Below are positions 43,094 through 51,679 of a stretch of DNA of 55,156 bases, one piece after another. The notes beneath the pieces were generated by a model, which was given only the letters and a program-made list of their open reading frames with translations, was not told where the DNA came from and searched no databases. The first letter of the stretch is position 1. Each line of letters starts with the position of its first letter. A program made the translations under genes and the position numbers. The stretch lies in assembly GCA_020057085.1 (NCBI GenBank), contig JAGVGO010000204.1, positions 1 through 55,156 of the forward strand, given 5' to 3'. The stretch is from Planctomycetota bacterium (GTDB lineage: Bacteria > Planctomycetota > Uabimicrobiia > Uabimicrobiales > JABWCH01).

Positions 43094-45784
43094 CTAATCG
43101 CTTGCGGGAACCCAATGTCCCCCATCTACCGTACGCCACCCACCGAGCCTGGGTGAATTTTGTTGCACAGATTCAAGATCGAAAGCCGCCTCGACTTCCG
43201 GCATATTGGTAAACCCGGAATACTGTCGGTTAACATTGGGGCAGGCATAGACTTCTCCGCTTTGATCCACTACAAATGCACGTATGCCCGAAGTTCTGTA
43301 CGTCATAGGCCACGCGTAAATAAGGTAACGGTTTTCCATGTGATCGGTAGAGGCGGGATCGGTTTCGGGAGAAGAAGTTTCCCCGATATATCCTGTAGCT
43401 GTAGGAAGGTAGCAACGGAAACAATAGCCGCTTTTAACGGCAATGCCGTTATTCTGCCGGGCGGTCATCCCTAATACCGTGCTGATAAAAGAAGGATATG
43501 CAACCTTTCCCGAACCACGCAAAGGAACTGTTCCCGCAAGCTCCTGGATAAAACAAAATTCCCCAGTGCCGTCTTGATCCTGGTCTACCATCGCTTGGGA
43601 CTGGAATTGCACCTGAGCGGTGCTTAAAGTCCGCAAAGTCCCGATGGCGCTTCCCTCGTTTGCGGAGATCCTGGCCCGCAAAAGCCCCGGAATCGCAATC
43701 GCTGCCACAATGGGAACGACGACAACAGCATTGCTTCCCAACCCTCCTCCGGCATCCAGGAGAGAGAAATCAGGCACTCCGCTCGCATAAAGGGAAAAAG
43801 AAAGAGTGTCCGGTTTGCTTTGGACGCATGCAAGTTCCGGCAGCATGTACTTTTCCAGTACCTTGGCCTGCGGCAGGTTGGCCACTTCCAAAGGAATGCC
43901 GATATCCCTCACCAGCCCCTCCGCTCCCTGGAGCATTGACAGGAAGTTTCGATATCCGGGGGCAAAACTGGTGCCGGGCTTTCTAAATATCAAAGTAGTG
44001 TGCGGCCCTGCTTGGGCAATATCGTTTTGTACGGTACTGACCAGTGTTTCGCCTTTGGCATTTAAAAAATCTATGTAAGATTTCAGGCCGTGGATCAGGC
44101 CGCTAAAGGCCACTACCTTATCATTGACAAAAAAGTAGGCGCGATAGGGATTGAGTAAAACCAGGAGCTGGGGATCGAACTGTTGCGCGAGCTTCAGCAG
44201 TCGCTCTCCGGAACCCAAATTGTTCTGCCAATAGTGAATCTCATAATATCCATAGGTTATCACTTGTTCCGCAAAGCCCCACGCTTTAAAACAAGCGGCA
44301 ATCCGTGTTTGCAAATCTTCTTTGTTTTTGACGGCGAGCAGATGGATGCCTTCCTGGAAAAAGCCGCCTTCGACAGGCTGCCTCGCAAAATAGGCACACT
44401 CTTTGTCGAGACAGCGGAGAATATCGGCTATCGAGGAAATTTTGAGCTGCTCGTCCGCATAAGAATATACCTGGGGAGCGATTTGCCGGACGATCGTCAG
44501 AAGTTCCACCCAGGCCTCTTTGAAATCGCGGCAGCTTTCTATGTAGATGGTGGAGTCTTTAGGAACTAACGAGAGATGCGCAGAACGGCAATCCTCTCCC
44601 CAGAAAAATTTTGTAAAACCGCGTTTGTCATCCGGGCAGTAAATCGCCAGTTTGCTGAAGAGTTGCGGACCCTCATATCCCCAGGCGACGCCCACGCTTT
44701 TCCAACCGGCAAAACCCATCATAGTTGCCAGTCTCATGGGATCCGGCGGGATATTTTTGTACAACATATCTAAATTCACATAAAGATGCGTCGCCACCTG
44801 CCCGGCTGCGGAGGTATTTTTCACTATTTCTTGGAAATCGCGAAACGAAGCCAGGGACTGTCCAGGCGATTCCTTTTGCGTCATCTGTGTCAGGCTTTCC
44901 TTGCTCGTTCCTAGCAAGAGACGCCTGCCAACCATTCCCACAAAGACAAAGCCCATCGGGCCTTGCACTGCCATGAAAGGATACCCTGCAATAGTTTCCG
45001 GAGTAGCGTTCGGGGAGTTTTTGCTAATCCAGGATACTAACAATTGCCAAAACTCATCTTTCCCTTTTTCCTGTATATCCAGAGACAGGAGAAGTGAAGG
45101 TGGCTTCGTCCTGGGTAACTCAATAAGCGCCAGCGACACCTCGCCGGAAAAAGCTGCCAATATTTCTTTTCTGCTCTTCCCGAAGCCTTCTTTCAGTGGA
45201 GCATCCACATCTTTCAGCATAGGCTCTAGCAAATCTTCCAGAGGGGCAATAAAAGCCTGAAAATCCGGTTCCTGTAACAGTTTGCCCAGGTTCGTCATGG
45301 CAAACCCCACCCCCGCGCAGTCTATCTTAGGAAAATTGATGAGCAGCAAGGTATTGGCCGGCAGTAAATTGGCAATCCCTCCTCCCGGCCCCGACGTGGA
45401 TTCTTGTGTAAGCAAAGCCAACCGTTTCAATTTGGCTATTTGGCTTTCCATGTTTTTTCGAGTATCTTGTTGGAATAATTTCTGGACTTCTTGAGCATAC
45501 TGTGCCAGAGACTCTTCTCCGCTCATTTTGTCCAATAATGCTCGATATTCTTCACCCGACTCCTGTTGCAGAGAAGATAAATTCAAGAGAACTTTCTGAT
45601 AATGTAGCAAAGCTCGTGTGTACTGTTTTTCCGCCTCGCCTTTCAGGGCTTCCTGCAGGTTCTGCAAAGACTCCTCATATAATTTCTTCACTGTTTCGTT
45701 GTTTTGCTTGGGGCTGCAACCCGAACCCAGAAAGGTTAGCAAAAACACTACGACCACTGCGAGCTTGAAATAGCAAAGCTTCAT
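43094..45784 (-). CDS. Secreted/lipoprotein large (DUF3352-like?) domain protein with a C-terminal PulG/type IV pilin-like module
   Basis: 896 aa. Signal ...FLGSGC. The N-domain is paralogous to the downstream gene (LLPANTLL..., SGLIHGLKSYIDF...). C-terminal NAVVVVPIVAAIAIPGLLRARISANEGSAIGTLRTLSTAQVQFQS...DQDQDGTGEF. Confidence 0.75.
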   Translation of the reverse strand: MKLCYFKLAVVVVFLLTFLGSGCSPKQNNETVKKLYEESLQNLQEALKGEAEKQYTRALLHYQKVLLNLSSLQQESGEEYRALLDKMSGEESLAQYAQEVQKLFQQDTRKNMESQIAKLKRLALLTQESTSGPGGGIANLLPANTLLLINFPKIDCAGVGFAMTNLGKLLQEPDFQAFIAPLEDLLEPMLKDVDAPLKEGFGKSRKEILAAFSGEVSLALIELPRTKPPSLLLSLDIQEKGKDEFWQLLVSWISKNSPNATPETIAGYPFMAVQGPMGFVFVGMVGRRLLLGTSKESLTQMTQKESPGQSLASFRDFQEIVKNTSAAGQVATHLYVNLDMLYKNIPPDPMRLATMMGFAGWKSVGVAWGYEGPQLFSKLAIYCPDDKRGFTKFFWGEDCRSAHLSLVPKDSTIYIESCRDFKEAWVELLTIVRQIAPQVYSYADEQLKISSIADILRCLDKECAYFARQPVEGGFFQEGIHLLAVKNKEDLQTRIAACFKAWGFAEQVITYGYYEIHYWQNNLGSGERLLKLAQQFDPQLLVLLNPYRAYFFVNDKVVAFSGLIHGLKSYIDFLNAKGETLVSTVQNDIAQAGPHTTLIFRKPGTSFAPGYRNFLSMLQGAEGLVRDIGIPLEVANLPQAKVLEKYMLPELACVQSKPDTLSFSLYASGVPDFSLLDAGGGLGSNAVVVVPIVAAIAIPGLLRARISANEGSAIGTLRTLSTAQVQFQSQAMVDQDQDGTGEFCFIQELAGTVPLRGSGKVAYPSFISTVLGMTARQNNGIAVKSGYCFRCYLPTATGYIGETSSPETDPASTDHMENRYLIYAWPMTYRTSGIRAFVVDQSGEVYACPNVNRQYSGFTNMPEVEAAFDLESVQQNSPRLGGWRTVDGGHWVPASD

Positions 45785-45847
45785 GGTGGTGTTTCCTTTA
45801 AAATGTAAATGAAACTCATCTTGCCTGGCGTCATTTGACGATTTACG

Positions 45848-45876
45848 GTTATAGCAAAGTCGCCTGGCGGTGTCAA
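45848..45876 (-). promoter_or_regulatory. Near-consensus sigma70 promoter upstream of the 45784 gene
   Basis: Minus strand: TTGACA, a 17-nt spacer, then TATAAC. It sits about 60 nt upstream of the ATG. Confidence 0.5.
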
Positions 45877-45939
45877 TCTTTTTTCCCGCCCTGCCCCGTA
45901 ATGGAATGTCTCTGGGGCAGAGCTGGCAGGGTAGTCCGC

Positions 45940-48900
45940 TTATCTATCGCCGAGCGCCGGCAGTTGTACCACGGCGATTACCAGCTTGCGTCCCTCACCT
46001 GGTTTGAGATAGGTCCACGCCAGAAAATTGCGGTCGGGTGACAGTGTCACATGGTCGCTTTCGTGAAAGAGCGGCTGCTGCGCAGCGTCGGTCAGTTGCC
46101 AGTCGTGACTGAGGCTGTCGAGCGAAGTGAGTGTCAGCACCGGATGTTTAGCTTCTTTGTTGGTGAGCAGGTAGAGCACGTACGCCGGCGAACCGAACAG
46201 TTCTGCTCCTTTAGCACGGATTTCGATACCGGCCGGCATGAGTACGCTGCCGCCGTTCGACACGATCTTCTCGCGCCCTGTTTCGGCATAGATGCGTGTG
46301 ATGGCCACCTTGCCGCCTTCATGTTCCAGGTATGTTACCAGCCACTGCCCGTCTTTGCTCCATGCAGGGGCAAAATGGTTACCGGGCATTTCGTTTATTT
46401 TTCTAAGAGTGTCTATTTTCCAGGCATTCTGCTCCCATGAAGCGGTGGTATAGTAGACATCACTGTTGTGGTCCCCTGCTTTGTCGGCAGCGCACAATGC
46501 GACCTTGAGAAGTTGGCCGTCACTGCACACTGCAAAATCACGTAATTCAGCCAATTGCAGCGATGTCGTCCGCAGCAGGCAATATTCTTTGCCGTCGTGC
46601 AGGTAAAACAAGTCGTTATCGCGCAGAAAGAACAAAGAAAGTTTGTCGGCCAAAAGACACCAGTGCGGCTGGCGATCGTATTCGGGACTGTCCGTGACTG
46701 GCTTGGGTTCGGGGAACTGGTTGCGGGTGTAAGAGAGGTGATAGATGTCGTAAAATCCCATCTTCCTGCCGCTGAAAGCCAATAAAGATGTATGGGGCTG
46801 AGGGGCCCAGGCGGGGAAAGCGAGCCAGCGATGTTTGGGATCATAAAGCTCCACGGTGTGTTCGTGCCCGCTCACCAAATCGAGCAGTTGCAACGCCCGT
46901 TGTTCGCGTTGCAAAGTCTGGAAACAAAGCACGCTGCCGTCATTGGACCATTGCGGCAATGATGGCTCACCTTCGCATGCCACTTCGTGCATATCGAGCA
47001 GAAAACCCGACGGCATCTCGCACTGCGGTGGCAGCGGACGCCACCAGAAGGGCCAGCATCTTTCGAGCTGTTCCTTCATCTGCACCAGTGCCTCACTGTC
47101 TTCCAGGCTTACCGTTTGCTTGTTTGCCCAGATATTTTCCCAAAGGCGTTCCGTATTCGATTTTTTGAACAGATGCAAGGTCCACGGAGTTTGCTTGAGA
47201 GTTTCTTGCAATTTGCGCGTCTTGTTCCACATTGCTTGCAGATTGCTCTCCGCTTCTTCCTGTAACAACGGGAACCCCAGGTTCAGTTTTACCAACTCCT
47301 GTTCATAAAATGTTATATCCGATGGTGTGGCGCGGTGATAATCCTGCTGTAACACTTTGTCCAAATTCGCTTTCCAGGCCAGCCATCCAGCCTGGTTTTT
47401 CAGCAGGAAGAGCTTGTTGTGCAGTCTGTTGTGGTTCACAACAAGCTGTGCCAAGAGACTCTCTACCGCGAGCATCTTGTTCGCCTTGTTTTTCTGCACT
47501 TCACTCAACGATTGCCCAAGCTGTTTGTAAACATTGTCGAGCAGTGGACCATGTTCCGCCAGGACGTCGTCTGCGTGGAGCGGACGTGCATACAGCCATT
47601 TCTGTGAAATTTCCGACCACTTGGCGGCCTGGCTAATCCATTGTTCTTTGACACACTGTTCGTATAGATTGTTGGTTTTGCTCAACAATTCAATGCAGTA
47701 GAGACGTAAATCTAGGGACGCCTTTTCCAGCAACTGGCGCAGTTCTTTGCTACGGTTGAAATAATCTTGTATCTGTTCCGGCGAAAGAGTCTCCACCTGC
47801 TCTGTACTCAGGCTGTCCCACATTTTTTTGATTTCCAGCCAATTAGCCTCTTTGTTACCGATCGGACGGATTGCCTCGAACAGTTTTTGCAACTCCTGAA
47901 ATTGCACATGTGCTTCTTTGAGCATGTATTCTTTTTGCTGGCGAACGGTGTTTTGTATCACCTGCATTTTTTGCAAAATGTTCTCCAGACCGGCAATCTC
48001 ACTGGCAGCAAGTTCTTTTTTCCACTCCCACAAAGATTGCCACTCTTTGGCAAGTTCCGGCCATTGCCGGGAAGTGGAATTCCAAGTTTCCTGAGCCATG
48101 TTCTGGTAAATATTGTGCGCCTTCTGTAGTAGCTCAGTCATCTCTTTTTGTGTTTCTGCCTGCAAATCTTGCAATGTTGCCTGAATTTCACTCAGGCGTT
48201 CGTAGTGTTTGGCACTGGCGGCCGGCGTTGCGTTTTCCAGACGGAAATGACGCAGTTCCTGCCATTGACTTTGTGCTTGAAACCATCTGGCCTGCCGTTT
48301 GACAAGAGAATTTGGTTCGAGCAAGACAGTCCATTTTTCGATGTTTTGTTTGCAACTAGCGACTTTGTTTTGCATTTCTTTGCAAGAATTCTGTGCATTT
48401 TTTTGCATATCCACAAAGCCGCCCAGCAAAGATTCGAGCTCTACCGCTTTGGCCAACGGAATATCGAGGAGAGAAAGCCACTGCGCATCCCATTGCGCTA
48501 TGGTTGTGGCATAGGACGGTACAGCCTGTGCCCAGGGGTCGTGGCGGATGTTGTTGGCAATACCCTGCGCACTATGATACATCCTCGTCACCAGTTGCTG
48601 CATTTCTGCCTGGTATGCCAGGAGTGCGGTGCGCAGTGTAACCAGCTCGCTTTCCAGCTTGCGTGTTTCCTGAGGAGAGAGGAGCGTGAGGTCAGCATCG
48701 CGGATTTCCCGCCATTTCTGTTCATAGGCGATCCATTTTTCCTGGCGCGTGACAATGGCCGCCTTGACGAGGGTGGTGTACAGGTTTTGCACTTCGCCGT
48801 ACACGGCAGCAAAACTTTTGTGCGCTTTTTCTTTTTGTTCCCTGGCCTTGGCTGCGAGATCGAGCAGTGCGAGGTATATTTCTTCAAAATGAGCGGCGCC

Positions 48901-49521
48901 GGCCAGGCCTTTCGCTTCCCGTTTTTCCCAACTTTTTTCCCACGAGCTTTGTACCGCTTGCCAGCGCGAAAACTGCTGTGCCCAGTTATCCTTAGACACG
49001 GTCAGGTAGAGTTGATAGGTATCTTGTAACATCTTGCTGTACTGTTTCTCGCTTGCCAGTTCCAGCGCATGCAGTTCGTCAGCGACATTTTTGATTTGCT
49101 GTTGATAGAGAGCCGCCTCCGATTCGGGTATGCTATCGACGGCGCGGCTTTGCAAATTCAACCAGGTGCTTTCCAGCCGCCCCCATTCATCGCTGCGCCG
49201 GATTATCGGTATTTCACGCAGTTTGTTGTAGAAGATGCGTATGTCCTCTTTGAGTTTTTGCGTCAACTCGCTGCCGCGGCTTTCTACCACCTGTTGCGAC
49301 TGTACCACCAGCAATTTGATCTCGCGTGCCAGTTGAATGTTCTGTTTGAGCCGTTCCAGCTCATTTTGAATCTCGTCTATTTCTTTTTTTTCCAGACGCC
49401 GGACAATGATCTGCAATTCCTGAATCAACATATCCAACTTGCTCGCTGCCTGGTTTTCCTGTGGCAGGGCAGGAACAAGAAAACACAATAACAAAATGCA
49501 CAGCGTTATTTGCCGAGACAT
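45940..49521 (-). CDS. Secreted protein: five ~150-aa Trp-anchored alpha-helical super-repeats + C-terminal beta-propeller (TolB/PD40-like) region
   Basis: 1193 aa. Signal peptide MSRQITLCILLLCFLVPALPQ. The C-terminal ~357 aa carries PD40-like strings (QWSNDGSVLCF, PAWSKDGQWLVTY, LSPDRNFLAWTY). Confidence 0.75.
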   Translation of the reverse strand: MSRQITLCILLLCFLVPALPQENQAASKLDMLIQELQIIVRRLEKKEIDEIQNELERLKQNIQLAREIKLLVVQSQQVVESRGSELTQKLKEDIRIFYNKLREIPIIRRSDEWGRLESTWLNLQSRAVDSIPESEAALYQQQIKNVADELHALELASEKQYSKMLQDTYQLYLTVSKDNWAQQFSRWQAVQSSWEKSWEKREAKGLAGAAHFEEIYLALLDLAAKAREQKEKAHKSFAAVYGEVQNLYTTLVKAAIVTRQEKWIAYEQKWREIRDADLTLLSPQETRKLESELVTLRTALLAYQAEMQQLVTRMYHSAQGIANNIRHDPWAQAVPSYATTIAQWDAQWLSLLDIPLAKAVELESLLGGFVDMQKNAQNSCKEMQNKVASCKQNIEKWTVLLEPNSLVKRQARWFQAQSQWQELRHFRLENATPAASAKHYERLSEIQATLQDLQAETQKEMTELLQKAHNIYQNMAQETWNSTSRQWPELAKEWQSLWEWKKELAASEIAGLENILQKMQVIQNTVRQQKEYMLKEAHVQFQELQKLFEAIRPIGNKEANWLEIKKMWDSLSTEQVETLSPEQIQDYFNRSKELRQLLEKASLDLRLYCIELLSKTNNLYEQCVKEQWISQAAKWSEISQKWLYARPLHADDVLAEHGPLLDNVYKQLGQSLSEVQKNKANKMLAVESLLAQLVVNHNRLHNKLFLLKNQAGWLAWKANLDKVLQQDYHRATPSDITFYEQELVKLNLGFPLLQEEAESNLQAMWNKTRKLQETLKQTPWTLHLFKKSNTERLWENIWANKQTVSLEDSEALVQMKEQLERCWPFWWRPLPPQCEMPSGFLLDMHEVACEGEPSLPQWSNDGSVLCFQTLQREQRALQLLDLVSGHEHTVELYDPKHRWLAFPAWAPQPHTSLLAFSGRKMGFYDIYHLSYTRNQFPEPKPVTDSPEYDRQPHWCLLADKLSLFFLRDNDLFYLHDGKEYCLLRTTSLQLAELRDFAVCSDGQLLKVALCAADKAGDHNSDVYYTTASWEQNAWKIDTLRKINEMPGNHFAPAWSKDGQWLVTYLEHEGGKVAITRIYAETGREKIVSNGGSVLMPAGIEIRAKGAELFGSPAYVLYLLTNKEAKHPVLTLTSLDSLSHDWQLTDAAQQPLFHESDHVTLSPDRNFLAWTYLKPGEGRKLVIAVVQLPALGDR
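47032..49185 (-). repeat. Protein-level tandem super-repeats (5 x ~150 aa) in the 1193-aa ORF
   Basis: W-x6-W anchors at aa 113/120, 263/270, 413/420 and 561/568, with W-x6-L at 713/720. Secondary W clusters at aa 180, 330, 480, 628 and 780. Spacing alternates 67 and ~83 residues. Confidence 0.75.
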
Positions 49522-49540
49522 AATCGCCTCCTTTACCCAT

Positions 49541-49596
49541 GGCTTACCGCAGGCAGAAGCCTGCTATCGCCCTGGGCTATAACAAGATAAGCCTCT
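49541..49596. repeat. Structured intergenic element (REP-like) related to 33342-33386 and 39412-39484
   Basis: GGCTTA...CGCAGGC-AGAA-GCCTGC...GCCCTGGGCTATAACAA...TAAGCC. The GCAGGC/GCCTGC hairpin resembles the one at 39418-39435. Confidence 0.5.
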
Positions 49597-49606
49597 CTCT
49601 CTTTAG

Positions 49607-51211
49607 CTATTTTGGCGTATTTTTACAAACAATGCGTCCTTCGACACTGATGTTCAGTTTGCCTTTCTTCTTGAGATACTGTTCGACCATTTTGGGGAAA
49701 GGGTCTGGCGACACCGTTTTTTGTTCTTTGCCTTTGAGCATCACATAATCATCGCCGCCGGAAGCAAGATAATCGAGGGTAATCAGACGATAATTTTTGC
49801 GCGGTTGCAATGGTTCGCCGTGCACCTTGACTTCCAGCACGCGGGCGAAGACCGGCAGCTCAGGGTTGAAAGTGAAAGAAAAACCGGCGATCTGCAAAAA
49901 GGCGCCGCTCACTTTCTGGTATTGCGACACAGCATTTTCCAGCATCTCTTGCAACGCCTCTCCGCTCACTGTCACTTCCACGACTTTGTTCTTGTAAGGA
50001 AGTGCGGCGGCCAGCCTACCTTTGTTGATAGAGCCGGCCGGGATGGAAGCGCGGATACAACCGCTGTTGAGAGCAGCGATATCGGACTCCGTAGAGCTGG
50101 CGAGCAGAATGTCGGCGAGCAAATTGCCGAAACTGGTCTCCTGCTGGCGCACTGTCTGGTAGTCGCCGTCGAGCAGGACATCGCTCACACACACTACTTC
50201 CGCCATCTCTTTTTCCTCGGTCTGCCATTTATGAATCAATTCCAGGCTTTTGGTGTCTTTGAGACCACGGCAGTCGTCCGTTGCCGGACCGATCTGGTAA
50301 AACTGCGGAATGCTGGCAGCCCATTTGCCTTGCCTCTGTGTCAACTCGATTTCACCGAGCTCACCGCCGCGTTTTTTGCGGACACGCGCGACGACAACAG
50401 TACCTGCCTGGGTGACGCGGTGCGCGGTCTCTACATCGTGGCGGCCGATAATCAAATGGGCGAAAGGAATTTCCTCGGCCAGTTTAAGGTCTTCGTTGTG
50501 GCGCAGATTGCTGAGCAGGATAATGATATCCACCTTGTTCTTGAGTTCCTCTGCGCATTTTTTCGCTTCCTGGATCGGGTCCTTGAACAAGAGTCCTTCG
50601 ATGGCGGCTGGTTGGGCCTGCACCGCCGCTTCTTCCGTAGTGATGCCGATAATGCCGAGTTTGACACCATCTGTCTGATGGATCAGGTAAGGCTGCAACA
50701 ACCTGGTATCGCCCTGGTAAACGTTGGCACTCAGCATGGCGAACCTGGCTTTTTTCATTTCCTTGAGTAATGCTTTGGGGCCGTAGTTGAGTTCGAGCTT
50801 GCCGAGACTCGTGGCGGTAAGCCCAAGCAGGTTCAAAGCCTCCAGTGCCGGAGTGCGATCATTGATGTCGCCGGCCAGAAAGTCGCCGCAGGACAATACC
50901 AGGGTACGAGGCGCACGCCTTTTTTCCATTATGGCAGCGAGGTATTCGAGCCCTCCCACTTGCTCCCCTTCTTCAAGTACCGGAAGCAAGCTGGAATTCC
51001 AAGAGGCAAAATAGAAGAGGCGTATCGTTGGTTGTGATGACACGGCAGGCACAACGGGCTTAGTAGCGGGAGGCTCTTTGGCGGGAATAGCTTGTTCGTT
51101 TGCCACCAGTGGGGCATTTGTTTGCGTCGTCTGCTGTTGATTGCGGCAAGCGAGCAGCAAGAGCAGAAGCGACAATAGACCCAAGGTACGCCAATGATTA
51201 TCGTATTGCAT
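49607..51211 (-). CDS. Lipoprotein of the 5'-nucleotidase/metallophosphoesterase family with a degenerate catalytic site
   Basis: ATG 51211 with AAGGA upstream. Lipobox-like LLLLLACR. The C-terminal 5'-nucleotidase-type substrate-binding domain is recognisable. In the N-terminal domain, FYFASWNSS replaces the DxHG motif and GKLELNYG replaces GNHEFD. Confidence 0.7.
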   Translation of the reverse strand: MQYDNHWRTLGLLSLLLLLLACRNQQQTTQTNAPLVANEQAIPAKEPPATKPVVPAVSSQPTIRLFYFASWNSSLLPVLEEGEQVGGLEYLAAIMEKRRAPRTLVLSCGDFLAGDINDRTPALEALNLLGLTATSLGKLELNYGPKALLKEMKKARFAMLSANVYQGDTRLLQPYLIHQTDGVKLGIIGITTEEAAVQAQPAAIEGLLFKDPIQEAKKCAEELKNKVDIIILLSNLRHNEDLKLAEEIPFAHLIIGRHDVETAHRVTQAGTVVVARVRKKRGGELGEIELTQRQGKWAASIPQFYQIGPATDDCRGLKDTKSLELIHKWQTEEKEMAEVVCVSDVLLDGDYQTVRQQETSFGNLLADILLASSTESDIAALNSGCIRASIPAGSINKGRLAAALPYKNKVVEVTVSGEALQEMLENAVSQYQKVSGAFLQIAGFSFTFNPELPVFARVLEVKVHGEPLQPRKNYRLITLDYLASGGDDYVMLKGKEQKTVSPDPFPKMVEQYLKKKGKLNISVEGRIVCKNTPK

Positions 51212-51394
51212 AGAAAATCCTTTCGCGGTGTATGACAGACAGAGATAACTTTCCTTCAATTGTAGTTAAGAAAAACGCGGCACGCAAGTAATTTTTCATC
51301 CGTCTATAACGTTTTTACCGAAGAAATCTCATGCAAACAAAAGAATTATGTGGTAAAATGGTGGGGAAAACAGGAATTTCTAAAGGAACAACAC

Positions 51395-51667
51395 ATGAAC
51401 ATTCGTTATTGGTTGGTGATGTTACTAACACTCGCCTTGCTCGGCTGCGTCGCTAGCGACAGCTCGGTTGAGCTAAACAATGAACCCCAGGTAGCTGAGT
51501 GGGGCAACAGAACCTGTCCGGTGATGCGTGGTGTAGCAGTGGATGCCAACTGTTACGCTATCTTTGAAGGCAAGAAACTATATTTCTCCAGCTCTAGCAG
51601 CCGCACAGAATTTATGCAAAATCCGGAGGCGTACCGCGCCGAACTGCTCTCGTCATCCGGCAAATAA
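51395..51667 (+). CDS. YHS-domain lipoprotein
   Basis: AAGGA RBS. Signal plus lipobox LALLGC. YHS-like CPVMRGVAVDANCYAIFEGKKLYFSSSSSRTEFMQNPEAY. Confidence 0.65.
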   Translation: MNIRYWLVMLLTLALLGCVASDSSVELNNEPQVAEWGNRTCPVMRGVAVDANCYAIFEGKKLYFSSSSSRTEFMQNPEAYRAELLSSSGK

Positions 51668-51679
51668 GGTTTTTTGGGC

